Positions 25,901 through 40,200 of a DNA stretch of 64,000 bases are shown piece after piece (the first letter of the stretch is position 1; the number at the start of each line of letters is the position of its first letter). Under the pieces are notes generated by a model. The model had not been told where the DNA came from, searched no databases, and saw only the letters and a program-made list of their open reading frames with translations. The position numbers were made by a program, and so were the translations under genes. Origin of the DNA: Camelus ferus (lineage: Eukaryota); the NCBI RefSeq assembly GCF_009834535.1, contig NC_045697.1:91762001-91826000 (forward strand), written 5' to 3'.

Positions 25901-27497
25901 TACTTGAATCTCCCCCCCTCCCCAGCAGGTTATACTTGAGGTAGAAACTAGGTCTTACTCATATTTCCTGTGGCATCCAGTGCGGTGCTGTGCACAGACT
26001 GTGTTTGTAACAGTAAACCTGTCCTCAAATAGCATGAGGACAGACTTTATTTCAGGCCACGGGAAGGAGGCACAATGAAAGACTATAAATTATTACCCTC
26101 AGAAATGATTGAACTGGTTAAGACTTGTGAAAAGATAACTATTTTATGAGGAAGAAATTAAGAGATGTCAAATGAGAGATAATAAAACACCATAGGTATT
26201 CACAAAATGGCAACATTACTGTGTGCACGGTGGGGTATGAGTGTTAAAGAAAACTTCAAGGAGAAAATGCAAGCTAGATCACAAAGGATGCTAGGGACAC
26301 ACATAGAAATTTATTGGGATTCCAGAATTACAGGCAGAAAAGATTTAAGGAGCAGAAATCAAGCTGGGTGACCAAAAGTATTCAAAGCTCTTACAGGCTT
26401 GAGAGATGGTTATAAAAGACCCTCAATGCCAGTCAGAAACCACTGCAAAATAATATGTTAGGAAAACTCATCTGGTGTTTGTGTGTAAGATGTTTGCAAG
26501 GGAGATGAGGCTTGTCGTGTTAATATGTTACCTGTGTGGTGCAGTCCCTCTATCATGTACGGAACAGTTCTCCACGTAAATAATAACAGTTATTTACATT
26601 TATACAGTAGAAATGTTCCCAAAAGATTTCTTGCTTTATAAGAGGCTTAAACGTAAAATTCTTTTAACAACAGTGAGCACTTCTGTAAAAGATTATTTCT
26701 GAGTAAAAAGATTATTTTTCTTCGACTTCTACAAAGCTCTTTCAGAAACATAACTGGAGTGTAACGCGAGGCACGTCTGTAAGCCGTGTTAGTGTGTCTG
26801 TGTATTTCTGGTTTACAAGGAAAGGTATCCTGAACAAAGGTTCTTGCATTATCTCATTTAGATGGTAAGTCTTCCTCAGAGTCCTAACCTCCGAAGATTT
26901 CAAAAGTGAATATTCCAAGCTGCATGGAAATAGACAGGACAGAGTGTAGAAACTTAAAAAACTCTATTTTTTTCTTGAAAAAATGTTGCAGTGTCTTTTT
27001 ATCTTCCTTGGGATACATGAGATTCACAAGGCCCACTCAGCCATCTGCTTTGCTTGATTTCAGATCATTTCCGTCTTTTCCAGGGACACAGAGGCAAATA
27101 ATGAATGTGCAGCTGTGTGCATGTGTGTGCAAGTGCATATGTATACACACACACACACACACATAGAGCTTAGGTTGTGTTCTTCATATCAAATTTTTGA
27201 AATGGTTCTTTTCTTGGGGTTTTGTATAACCAGTTATTTAACAGTAATGTTTGCCTTAAAGTTATTGTCGTTTTTAAAATATAGAAACTTTTTCAAACTT
27301 TTCTTCGCTTTTAACAGCAAAAAGCAAGTTGGGTGGTTATAGCAAACTTTCAAAGTCCACACTATTCAGTGTCCCTTTCCTGGTAGCAGCATGATTCAGT
27401 TTTAATTTTATACAGTATTCAGAGCTTTGGGGGGATGCTATCAAAAGAGTTCTTGTTAAGAATTATGAGGTTTGTGTCCAAATATGTATTTTGAGAG

Positions 27498-27882
27498 TGC
27501 TACGGTTTGAACTCTGTCACTCCCTCCCCCTCCAAAGGATATGTTGAAGTCCTAACCCCCTAGTACTCAGAATGTGACCCAATTTGGAAATAGGATCTTT
27601 GCAGATGTAATTAAGGTAAGCTGTAGTCATTAGGGTGTTGTTTCAAGAAGAGGTGAGGAGACACGGGCAGAGGCACACAGGAAGAAGGCCAAAGGAAGAC
27701 ACGGAGAGTGCCACGTGAATTCAGAGCCAGAGACTGGAGTGTTGAGTCCACAAGCCAAGGAGCACTAAGTAGATAGCCAACAAATGCTCGAAGAATACGT
27801 CCCTAAATTTTTCAGAGAGATCGTGACCTAAGCTATTCCAGCTTGTCGTACTTTGTTACAGCAGTCGTAGGAACCTAAGACA
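27498..27882 (+). mobile_element. MLT1 (MaLR) solo LTR
   Basis: TG...CA ends, 'atgttgaagtcctaacccc...aatgtgacc...tttggaaatagg...tttgcagatgtaattaag', and near-TSD GAGAG/AAGAG. Confidence 0.9.
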
Positions 27883-28059
27883 AAGAGTGATTACAGTTCA
27901 GCTCTGAAAGTAGGTGAATCTAAAAAGGCCATGGCGGACAGTACTTTTACCCCTAACAATTGAGAAGAGCAGGAGTAACCTTTCCCCTCTAGGGACTGTG
28001 CATGCCACTGATGCTTTTTTTGCCATGGTCTAAAGTCTACAGGGAGCTTTCAAACAAAA

Positions 28060-28310
28060 TAACGGTACTAGCTAACTAATATTCATTGAGCAGTTATTAG
28101 GGGCCAGATCCTGTCCTGAGCACCTCACGTGTCTCTTCTGGTTTAATCCTACAACTACCCGTGTGAGGTAGATACTATCATTATCCTCTTTTACAGATGT
28201 GGAAATTGAAGTACCAAAAGCTTAAATAACTCACCCAGAGCTACAGAGCTGTGAAAGCTGTGGTTCGAGCCCAGACATCTTGGCTCCTGAGCCTACGCCC
28301 ATACCAAGTG
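28060..28310 (-). mobile_element. MIR SINE
   Basis: 'tttaatcctacaactacccgtgtgaggtagatactatcattatcctcttttacagatgtggaaattga'. Confidence 0.85.
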
Positions 28311-30759
28311 TTCACTTCCTTTTCCCTCTCTCCGGAATGCCAGGGCATTGTGCTTTTTTGGAGGAGTGGAATTTCAAAGAAGGAAATTAATGTTTCTGGA
28401 GCCCCTTGTAAGTGAGTGACATGCCTAGATTTGTTATCCTACTTTATTACTTACTCCTCATAACGACTCTTTAAGGTAGTTAGTATTTGTGGAGCTTACA
28501 GATAAAGAAATTTATCCTTTAGTTTGTAAATGGTGCCAGGATTTGAACCTGAATCTAATAAATTGCATTTATTCAGTGCCTATTCAGTGCTAGGAACTTT
28601 ATATATATATATTATTTTTAATTTGATATTTATGACAAACTGATAAGGTAGTTGTCTCCGGGAGTCATGAGAATGGGGTATCAGAAATGAACCAAGAATG
28701 CTGAGTGGGTTTCAGCCTGTGGGAGGCAGGTTAGCTCAGGGTCGCTGTGCGATATCACAAGAAAGAGAAGCACCTCCCCGTGAGATGAATAGGCTATAGA
28801 TGTATCTATCACAAGACCTTGCCTTGATTAAGAGAGAAGGTTTGAAAACAGTGAGAAAAAAGGACATTGATTTAGGATCAGTCTATCTGCAAAGATGGGT
28901 GGGAAGTTAATTAAAGTCAGGAAAATACATCAGTGGGAAGGAAATATCCTATATGAGGCTGAGCTGTTTTCCAGCTGTGGGGAAGATAGTTCCAACTGAC
29001 ACGTCTGGAACTGAATGTTTGATCTTCAGGTAGAAACCACTGATGTGTTTGTAAGTCTGTACATCTCTTTTGTATGTCTGGGCCAGATTGTTCATACTTT
29101 AAGCCAGGTGGGAGCTGCCCGTGTACAGTCTCCATGATGTCTGGCCAATATTTGGGACTCTAAAATGTCCTAAGACTTTGTGAGTTAGATTGGCTTCTGC
29201 CTATGTTTAAATTACCCCAGGACCCCTAAGTGTTTGGCTCTTGAAAGAGGCCTGGTATCAAAATCAGCTACGACTCCCGTTTCCCAGGTGAGGATCTAAG
29301 ACTTAGAGAGGTCCAGTATCTTGTCCAAAGTTAGACAGCGGATAAATGGCAGAGCTAGGATTTGAAGTCAGGTTTATGGGCGATTAAAACATATATCAGA
29401 GTATAGCAACACACTCTCTTGCTTGCAGAATTTTTATTTCGACAGTTTCTTCTGTTATTCACACTTTATGTGAAGCTATTCTCCCAAGCTTGTGTAGCGG
29501 AGAATAGCATCTAATGTCAGCCAGTCTGTATCTAAGAAGTGGTTTGGATGCCACTCATCCTTAAACTATTTAGAATTTTTCTAAACATTCTCAGTCCTCA
29601 ACTTTCTTTCCTTCACAGGAAATTGTCAGAAAAAAATTGTTAAAATAGAGCTGATCACAAAAACCTATAGTGGCTCACCATTGCCGATAATTGTCCCTGG
29701 CTTCTGTGCTCGTGAGACTCAGGTTTGAAATGTTTTAAACATGCAGACACTCATGTTTCCCCATGGACAGGAGCTCTTAAGACAAGTATTGAGCAGATCA
29801 GTTTTGTATGCATATGTAATTTTTTAATTATAAAGGATTACATGCATCATCTCCTCATCCCCTCCCCCCCCCAAAAAAAAACCCCACCCAGCACCACAGG
29901 GCATATATATGAAAACCAGAAGTCCACATTTCACCATCAAAACCATTTCCAGGCTTCAGAAGCAACTTTCATTCCTTTTATGACTAGCTCCATAATACTG
30001 GATAATGGCTCTCATAAGAAAATGCTTTGTGGGTGAATCTGACTCTTATCAAAGGCTGTCACACACTGATGTAGAATGAGACCAAACTCATTGAGCTGAC
30101 ATTCAAGGTTCTGCATAATCTTACACGTTAACTACATCTTTCTCTGGGTCTGATGTTCCAGGGTAGGCATTCTCAAGATCCTCATGTCTTTTCTCACATT
30201 GTTATCTCAGTCCGGTGTGTCCTAACCTCCATTCTCTGCCTGTTATTATTATCCTCATGCACTCAGTTCAAATGCAATACCTTTATGTCATCTAACCTAT
30301 TTTCCTACTTTTTGTGGGGGTCATTTTCCTTGATACTTCCAGAGCACTAATTTTATGCTACTCAGAACTGTTCAGTGATTGCACGTTATGCTCATTGAAC
30401 TCATCAGACTCAAACTGCAGACCTTCATGAAAGAAGGGAGAAAGAAAGAAAGAAAGAGAAAGAAGATGAGTAGAAATCTTTTGTTCCTGCAATTGGGATC
30501 AATCCTCCTGGTGCTTCTTATGGTATTGGTCCTTGGGAAGCTTTTAAAGCAAAGTTTGACTACTCAATTTTCACAGTACTTGCTGACTTTAGAACCCCAT
30601 TCCCCCAGCAGGATACTTGGCCCAGTTAATTAGTTGTTTGCATACGTCAGTGCAACCTTATTTTATCCATATTTGACGACTTGCTCACAATACACTACAA
30701 CGCTTTCCAGGCACATCATTACCCCATTTCTTCTTTGTTACTTGAAAAAGAAGTAACCA

Positions 30760-31030
30760 CTAAGTATAGCATAATGGTTAATGTTCCATGCTCTAGAGTA
30801 AGTCTGCTTGGGTTTGAATCTCAGCTGTACCACATCCTTGGGTAGAATGACACATATTGTAGTTTGCCCAGGACAGTGCCTTTTTATACCTACTGTCTCA
30901 GTATCCTTACCAGTTAGTTCCTCCTTTCACTCTCAGAAATGTTCTGCTTAGATGATAAACCATGTAATCATGGAGTGACTTACTTAGTCACTTGAAGCTT
31001 CAGCTTTTTCGTGTGTCAAATGGTGACATC
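30760..31030. mobile_element. MIR with a nested MER94/MER81-like hAT-Blackjack element (~30840-30970)
   Basis: MIR 5' 'ttgggtttgaatctcagct' and 3' 'cagctttttcgtgtgtcaaatgg' flank 'tagtttgcccaggacagt...cctttcactctcagaaatgtt'. Confidence 0.6.
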
Positions 31031-33399
31031 TACTTAAAAGCTTGATTCTAAAGCATGAAGAACAGAATTTTGCAGAGTTGACTTTCCATAAACATTAGCC
31101 ATATTTCTTCATTGTGTTTTTTTCATGTGGAGTCTGTGTCTAAGCCATACAGCTTAGAACTTGTTCACCAGCATTCAAGGTGGTGCCTTACTCATGCAAT
31201 TCCCCTTCTGCACAGTATTTACTTTCAACTTTTGGGAAGTTGCTGTGATATATAGATTTTGTTAGTACAAGACATTTCATTGCCATATGTCAAAAGTTGT
31301 CATTATATTTACATACATACACATATATACAAACACATATATATGTATCTAATTTATCTATCCATCTATCTGTCTATCTATCTACAGGTAAAGTTTATAA
31401 GGTTTTACTGTGCATGCCCCATGCGCCCTCAGATAGACTGCCCTCATGCGTTATGAAACGTGCAACTTCACACAGTGGTCTACAATATTCAAATAATCTG
31501 AACAGGGGTAACGAGAAATAATCAATATTTTATGCCTTTCTGAGTTCAGCTTTTGACATTTCTAAGAGCTAAAGGGATTGAAGAAATCGGAAGTCAAAAT
31601 TACTTATACCTAATAAAATACTAACTAGTTTTTTGGTGTAAAAGGATTGGAGTTGAAAAGCGCATTTTAGGAACACCCTGTAAATAATACAAGACAGAAG
31701 AAAAAAGGCAATGGCTAATTAGGCCACAAGTTTATTAACATAAAACTTCATATGAAATTTATAGATTTCTAAGCTACTTATTAGACCTCAGTAAGTGGTT
31801 GAGACTCTGAGCTGTAAGAAATGAAACTCACTTAAATAAATAACTACGAAGATCAGAACAAACGGCCTTTGCTTTATAAACCTTGCTCTGTGTGCCTTCA
31901 AAGTTGCAGCAGGAGCCATCTAGAATGCAGTCTCGTTCCTAAGCCTCTGAGAAGCATGTCATTACTCTTTCCACTTTGAGAGAGGAGCCTGTCAGTCAAG
32001 CAAGCTTATTTTGCAGGTCTTGGAGGGGAGGAATAACACATTAAGTTTTACTCTCTCTTATTCTTGGTAACACTTTATCTTAAGTGCCCATTAACCAGCA
32101 CACTCCATAATTCTGGCTGAATGATGATGAAAGCAGTCTCACGGGAGTCCAGAGCATCTGCATCAACCAGCCGCTGCCATTAGTTTACAAGAATGAGTCT
32201 CTGATCACACCCAACCAGGTGAAGGGCCCCGGTCCAGGAGCTACACAGAGTCCACCCTATCAAAGGATCAGAGCAGATGCCTTTGTTCTCTGTTTCTCTC
32301 ACCTCCCCTGTGCTACCTTAAGAAGCCAGTGGGCTTCATTCCTTCTCTTTGTAATGACATATGTGACACTTCTTCCTGGGATTCAGATCTTAATTTTTCA
32401 GTTCCCTTTTTCATGTCATGATAAAAAATTCTGGGGAATATATAGTGTCAGCTTCCTTTCAGATTCATCATTTCAATATTTTCATCTGCTACAACTGTTT
32501 AATTAGGAGAGGCTCCTTTTGGTAGGCTCCTTTTGTATAACTTTAATGAAACTGAAGAGCATGAAATGTGGTTTCCCTGCTTTTAAATGAAGCTACTTTT
32601 ATAGAAATAAGATGAGAAATGGAGAAATTGTTGAAGTCACAGTGCATGAAATTAAGGGAGCCCACACTGTATTGGCAATAGTGCTTTTTTTTTTTTCTCT
32701 TAAGTTGACGTTTTGAGGACCAAGGTTGTGGTTGCTAACAAACAGGGCTGAAGCTGTTTTCTTTCTTTTTTTTTTTTTTTTTTTTCAAGTTCATAGACTT
32801 CTGACAGACATGCCCTTAAGGATTCAATTTGTTGTTGTTTAGGAAAATTGTATGAAACCAGCTATGTGCAATGGAAGGCTATTTTCAAGCAACACAAGAT
32901 CAAATTAATGATAGCATCTAGTTATGAGATAAAACCTGATATCGTGCTGGATTCATGTAAAGCAGGATTCGATGTGTAGAGCTGAAACAGAATAATTACA
33001 GAAGATTTCAAGCAACTTGTGTTATAATCATATGCCAGGCCCTGGGAGGCCCTACCAAACCAATAAGGTGTTAGTTATGTGGGTATTTTAGTCATCAGCA
33101 CGTTTTCGATTATGCTATTTTGTCTCTACAAATACAAAAGGAAGAGATGAAGCTACACTTTTCTCATACATTAATCAATGTAACAACCACATTGGAAATT
33201 CAAGTACTAAATTCAGAGGGTGTGCATTGCCTTCAATACAATTTAGACTAATTTGATAACAGGCCCCCTGGGGAGGTAGGGAGTAGGTCTTGGAACTGGT
33301 TTTAAGCACCAGTTTCAAATTATGAAGATATTGAGTGAGATTTTCCTACTGACCTAGAATAGACGATTAGCACTCTAAGATGAGGACAAAGAGGCATTA

Positions 33400-34200
33400 A
33401 TCCTCAAGTTTAAAGAAAGAACCTCCAAGAGCCAGCAACAGATGGAGCCTGAAGCCTCCATCAGAGATTATTAGCTCATGAAGCCCAGCCTCACTCCAGC
33501 AGACCGTGTAAAGGAGAACTAAGGAGGCAAGGAGAGAAGAGAAGCCTCATGGGCTCGTGTTTCAGGGCTGCAGAATGCCCTGCCTCTCCTCGTGAGACAC
33601 CTGGGTGTGTGTCAGCTTCTACCCCATTCATCTTGTGATAAGGAAGAGTCGGAGCTGAGGGGTTTGGGATATGAAACCAGAACTAGCTTCCTTTTTCAGA
33701 AAACTGAGAAGTGGAGAGACTCCCTAAGGCCTCCTGATAAACTCTGAAAGACAACCCCTCGGTTCGTCAGCACTTGAACTTCAGACATTCAGGGCACATA
33801 GATGACCATTCAGGGTTAGCTGGGAAGCAGACAAGCAATGAGGAGGGGGCTACAGTTATGAGCATTTATTTTAGAGAACTTTTCATCCCTTTTCCATCTC
33901 TCCTCATACCTACTCCAACCCCAAGGAAGTAGAACGTTGGAAAGGGACAAGGATGAATTAATGTCCCGCTCCCCCTCCACTCAAAGATGCTGAGCAGAGG
34001 GGGAGCACTGACCTTGCCCTGCTCCCCACAGCCAAGCTTTTGGAGCCTCAGACCTGGTCTTGGTGTGAAAGCAGTGTTAAACTGGAGTATGTTCTAATAA
34101 TTGGGAGTGAGCTGCAATGCAAGAGACATGCGAAAGTGTTGGACAAAACAAGGTTGAAAGCAGTGATTGAGAAAAGTAGTTTGTGCCCCAAAAGTCAGTT
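33400..34200. mobile_element. Old LTR-like remnant
   Basis: Purine-rich text in the style of an ancient LTR; family not resolved. Confidence 0.35.
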
Positions 34201-34594
34201 CAATTAATTTATATTAGGTTCCTTTGATGGCTTTTGATCCCTTTTTGTCTTTTTCTTTTGATTTGGGGACAAAACCACTGAGGTAATCCCTCTTTAAAAA
34301 GCTAGAATTAAATAAACACAAATGCTATTTTTTTCCCAACCCTAAACATCCAATGTTCCCTACATTTAATGTTACATTAAAAATTTCCCCCAGAGGATAG
34401 CTTTCTGGAAAAAGAGAATATGAAATAAGAGCAAGGAATCTACCTACAAAACCCACAACATTGTTCTGCTGTCTCCATTTTTGTCAATCATTTTAAACAG
34501 TGCAAAACCAAGTAAATGGAGCTATAATTAGTTATCTTTCTGGAATGATTAATTTTCTATTTTTGCTCTGGGTAATAAAGTTTCTATCCTTCTT

Positions 34595-34920
34595 ACCCCT
34601 TTGTCCCAGGTTGAGTTTTTCAAAAAGCAGTCTCTGCCATGGAGATTTGTGTGTGGGAGGTTTCTTGCAGAATATTGTCTGGATCAACACAAGCGAGGGG
34701 GTGAAGAAAGGAGGGAGGAGTACAGGGAGAAGTCAAACAGTGAAGTTGGCATAACAAAGACGGCAAAGGCTCTTTAGAGTTGTCCTGAACTGGGGTGGGG
34801 TAAGGGGCTTAACACTCTTTGTCTAGATCGGTCTTGTATGCGAGATGTCCTTGGGAAAGGGATGTGACCTGACTCAGCTGAGAGCTTCGGCTGCCAACGC
34901 TCCCTGCAGCGGTGCACTGG
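34595..34920 (-). mobile_element. ERVL-type LTR fragment
   Basis: 'aagcagtctctgccatggagatttgtgtgtgggaggtttcttg' resembles the antisense 3' end of LTR16/LTR40-class elements. Confidence 0.55.
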
Positions 34921-37110
34921 TAAACCAGCGCTCTGGAAAAACAAAACAAAACAAAAAACAACCACAAAGCTCTTATTTTTTTGGTTTGCTGATTTCTATA
35001 GTGTGAAGAGTCCCATCATGACTGACTTCAAACCACTGTTATGATGCCACTGAACGAGAGGCGGGAAGAAATGTTCACAGTTGACTCTCACAAAGCAGTA
35101 AGAGCGGCCCCAGCACATCAGCGGTTCAGCCCTCGGGGGAGGGACCTTGATAGCACACTGTGGTATCCACCACAATGACTTCTTTTCACACAAAGAAATA
35201 CTTTCAAAACTTTCAAAATTTTCAGCTACATTGGGCACACCATAATAAATAGTTGCAAGTTTCAATTCAGTGAAATTAAATCACCCAGAGTGAGAAAGTC
35301 ATTTATATTCTATGATATCCCAACAGCCTATTCTTATTTGGCAGTCTCAGGCTCGGAACCAACAACAACATCTGCTGGCAATTTATTCCCTATTATCTTC
35401 TGCTTACTACTTAACCTACTGGATCAAACAATTCTATGCTCACTGTTCTCTATCCACCTGTAAGTTGGAGTGCTCACTTGTAAAAATTTAAATGTAACTT
35501 CAGAAAAATTTTCACACCCTGATTGGAATGTCATTATAAAAATTTCAACGATGTAATAATTATTTCCCCCAATCCACTGCTCCTTTGGCCAATTTAAAAT
35601 TTATTTCCCTACGATTTCAGCCTGACTGACTTTCTGAAGGCTTAGGAAGGGCAAGCAGTATAAAAGAACTGCTGAAAATAAAGTGGAGAGTGCTGAATGA
35701 TGGTGCACGCTGTTGACGATTTGCTTTCCTGGAACCCATTGAGACTGCTGACCTCAGAGCCTGATTTGCTTTTCTCACACATTCATCAGAGATTGGCCTG
35801 TCTTCTGTCTGGAACTGCCTCTTCCCTTGTCCACTGTGGAAACGAATGTCGTAACACAACCTCTCTCATTCCTGTCTCTAGCTCAAGAAAAGATTGTGTG
35901 CTTGCAATGTAGGAGTTGTGCATTCCATATCTATTGTTTTATTGGATTAGTCTAACAAGTAGAGGAAAGCAGATGGGGCCTGTGAAATGACACAAAAGGA
36001 ATTTTCAGAACAATAAGGTATTTTCACTCTTTATGATAATAGTTGTATCTAGTATTCATTGAGGTGTAAAATAGACCCTAGTTTGATTTTTCACCCATTT
36101 AATTTCTTAGTTTGTTTCCTATGAATTGGTGGGTTTTGTTACTTCTGGGGGTGGCCCCCAGAATTGTCCGACCTGAGACGAGGAAGCCCCACCATGCGTA
36201 CCATCCTCTAGCTTGCTCTACTAATTGGCCAGGCCCCAGCTGGGATTTGGGATGTTCACGTGGCTGTGCTCCAGTTCATGGGAAGGGGAAAAGTCCAGAG
36301 TAAGAGATTTCTTTTTGACAAAGACACAATGAACTTTTAAAATGCAAGTGTTATTTCTACTCACATTCCACTGGGAGCTGGGAAAATGTAATTTCTTAAC
36401 TGGGTGGCCATGAAATTATGTGAGGACAGATTTGGGGGAATGGCTTGCAGTCTGCCACTCTGGCTCCCTAAATACCCATGTACACATTTCTTACCTTCTT
36501 CTTGTGTCCCAAGGGAGACTGTCCAAAGTCCAACCCAGTACTGCATCAGATCTAAGTTTAGGAACTCTGGGTGATGATGGATAATTCTCTTCAATAGGTC
36601 CTGGTGATGTTCTTTGTGGTCTGGTGATGATAAACCGATAGACAAATTATCAGCCAAAAAATGATAACTACGATTCAAAACTCTCATTCATAAAACAGAA
36701 GAATGGGAAACATAGCAGTCCTCAGTCAGTACAAAGCCCTTCTGCCCCAGCAGTGGGGTGCGGGTTGCAGTTACCCCATCTGCCACCCCGCTTGTGCCTG
36801 CTGAGAGCGCGACCTTGTTCTGTTTTCCTCTGTGAACCCCAGCTTTATCCTTTGCAAGAGTCTCACTTGTTAGTGTTTCTCTATCTGGAGCAGGTGCTGA
36901 AAAGTTACATTTTTGCAGTCTGCTCTGACTGAAGTAAGCCTGGTGCCTAGAGTGTTGCCAGACTTGTGATTTCTTTGGTAATACAATTTCCTAAAAATAT
37001 ATAGGCTTCCAACCTATTTGCTTCCATTCATTTCTATTGACAGGTAACCATTAATAAAGGTTTTTTTCTAGACATAGTCCTTATGTCTGCTGATTCTCTT
37101 TTATTTGCAG

Positions 37111-37244
37111 GCAGGCATCTCTGCCCAGTGCACTCCCCACAGTTCTTCAGTTAGACTTGGCTTGGGAGGTGACGCCCTGATGTCTGTACTGGATGCATCT
37201 CATGCCAAGACGTCTTCGCAGGAGGTGTTTGAGAGAAGATCCAG
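37111..37244 (+). other. Candidate internal exon (134 nt)
   Basis: Branch-like GCTGAT, acceptor ttctcttttatttgcag, donor CAG|gtaata. Frame 1 is open (AGISAQCTPHSSSVRLGLGGDALMSVLDASHAKTSSQEVFERRS). Confidence 0.3.
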
Positions 37245-40200
37245 GTAATAGAAATACGCTCCCCTATCCTTGGTGTAGAACCAATCCAGTTTGTGTTTCC
37301 AATCCTGTGAATCTCCAAATTGCTGGATTCTCAGGTGATTTAGATTTCAGAGTATAGGCAGAGAGTGTCTCACTTAGTGGATCTGTAGCTCTTTATGTGT
37401 CTGCTTTCAAACTGACAAATTCTTGCCTGTGTCTCTTTCTTAGCTATCTTATTAAAAGTGGCAAGAAACAGCCAACCTCTGAATGTCTGGGTGTTTCCCA
37501 CCACTTCCTCCAGAGCCGCAGGCTCCTTGGGTGTGCTTTCTGAGGTGACGGGGTGAGTGTGTTGTTAACTGCTTTACCAGGCATAACAAGGGCCACGGAA
37601 GACCAGCAGGCTGTGTCTAGGTTTTCACTGCCCACCAGCTAATTTCTAAACCGGTTTAGAAATGAATTTTAGGTTTTGTTACTTAGTGTCCTGCTTCCAG
37701 GTACTAATTTCTGTATTAATCAAGCTAAGTCAAGGTAAAAGCTATGTCGCTATAACAAAGAGATATCAAAATGTGACTTACGTAAGAAGTTTCAGTTTGG
37801 CTAATCCAGGCTCTCAGGGTAGTTCTGCTACTCAAGAGCACTGGTAGACCTAGATTTCTTCCATTTTTGTCCTTCCATCAACCCCCACGAATGCTTGTTT
37901 TTATGGAAGAGAAAGAGAATGGATTTGTGGGAACCAACTAGTAGCTTGCCAAAATCGTTAGCAAGTAGGCCCAGAATGTTTCAAGAAAGATTAATTAATA
38001 TCTTAGAAATCACTACACTATGCCATCAATCTCATTGTTTCCCTGTTTCACAAAAGATAAGAATCTTAAGCCATTTTCCACAAGTCCCTTTTTGACTAGA
38101 ATCATGAAATCATCCAGTTGGATGAAATCATTTAATAAGCTCCTATAGGGGGCATTTGTGGGATATTTGGGTAGTTGAAATGTCTGGAGACTGTTACTAC
38201 AATTCAGTGCCCAAAAGGCTTGAATTATAAGCGAGGGACATGACCTCAAAACAGAGTATTGTACCACACAAAATGTGTGAAAAACTAAATTTCCTAATTC
38301 ATAGCCCTCATTTTTAGGTCATTAGTATCAGAACTGAGACAAAAACGTAGATTTTCTGACTGTCTGTTAGGTTCACTTTCTAAAATCCAGTCCTTGAAGA
38401 ATAGTCTTGAGGGAAATTACACTTTAAAAATTAAAAAAAAAAAAAAATTTCACTGTGCTTTTGGTTGCCACCTGTTCTCTAGCAGCAGGACCTTACCTGC
38501 ATAATTCTCTTTTCCTACCATATTTGAAGAGTAAAAAAAAAATCTGTTAAAAATAGAATGACAGTTGTAGGGGAAGGAAACAAAAATCTAAATACAGTAT
38601 CTCTATATGCATATATAAATAGGGATATAAACAGACAAATATAGACTATGACCGTAAAGCAGTAAGACTTTATTTTGGTATGAGGTTTGTGGCATCAATC
38701 TCATTGCTTCCTACTCAGGCTTATGTATATGAAGGCCTGTGCTTTCCTATTCAAATAAAGAAGACCTGGGAGTGACAGGCAGAGGCATCCGGGTGGGAGT
38801 GATTGAGCCCACAGGCAATGAGCAGAAGCCTGTGGACTGAGTGTCAGGGCAGAGGCTTGGTGATTAGGAGGCTGAGACCAAGGAACCAAGGGAAGCAGAG
38901 GAGGCAAGGGAGAGACCCCGAGTTGGGCAGACCTCTGAGACCGTGCAGAAGCCAGCCAGCAGCAGGCTTGCGTGCAGGCAAGCAAGCAGGGAAACAAGCC
39001 GTGGTGCACCGGGGAAAGGAGGGCTCAGCTCTGGGATGTTGCTGCAAACCACATAACAACAACAAAATATAGCAGAAACAAAACACGGCCGTATCAACAG
39101 TAGTAGTGAATACCATACTAGGATTCCTAGGGAAAGCCACTGTGTCGCCTGGGAGAGTGAAGTAAGGAGTGGTAAATATGTTATCTTGACTGGAGGCATA
39201 AAAGTTAGATATCAGAGCACATTGTGACATATTTATCTTGGCCAGTGGAGTATGCAAAAGAGCATGTGGTGGCTTCAGGTCCAGCAGTGCCACAGAGGAG
39301 GGGCAATAGCACCATTTGGCTTAGTACCTTTGTGTCTTTCCCTTTCATGTATTGTTTAAGCAGTGAAAAAAATCTGGTAAAAATAGAGACGATAGTTTTT
39401 GGAGAAGGAAATATAAAACTAAGTACATTATGTATACATGCATAAATAGGACTGAAAACACAGAAATATGGGAGAAGACACAGTGAGGAGACTGTGCCAC
39501 TGGCAGTAGAGTCTGCTTCAGGAGAGGCTGCAAAGATGCATCCTTTTCTCTAGGTCCCTGAGTTGTTTATTTTAATTTGCTGAGAAGGTTGAGAACATGT
39601 GAACTTGCTCACTCTTTTTAGAATCTGAGACTGACAGGTTCTGGAGCTCCTTGGAGTTCCCTATAATGTTCTGATTTCAAATAGTTTCGTATATGGTTGG
39701 GAAAAAAAAGTGTAAGGAACTTTTTTTTTGCCTCCTTAAAAACCCGCCCCATCTTTACTGTTGTACAGTTGCTGCTAACTGGCATTTTCCAGTCTGGCAC
39801 CAGGGAAGATCACATGTATGGGCTTTCTTTTTGTTACCTACTCTTTTTCTCAGACCCTAGCACAATTGGACTTCGGTCTTTTCTCTGTGAATGACACCTT
39901 CTCCTTCCCAGACACATAGAATTATTTTAGTTTTTTTCTTTCTTTTCTTTTTTTTGAGATAGCTTCAGTTGAACAGCTTACTTAGTGGGAGTGTTTGAAA
40001 GATGAGCTGGCTAGCCACTCACCAACCCACATATCAGATTTCACTTGGTTTGTGTGGTCTGTTCTGGAGTTCAAGACTTTAGAATGAGAGAAAGTGGGAG
40101 ATCAGTAACTCGAGATCATTCTTCCTTCCCTCCATGGCTGAAATTTCTTGCTGCCATGAACTGCACAGCCACGGTTGACTCATGGCAGCCAGGGTGTCAG

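Noticed and set aside
38701..39293. Overlapping 90-150 aa ORFs on both strands
   Set aside because: GC-richer, LTR-like sequence with few stops; no recognisable domain or splice structure.
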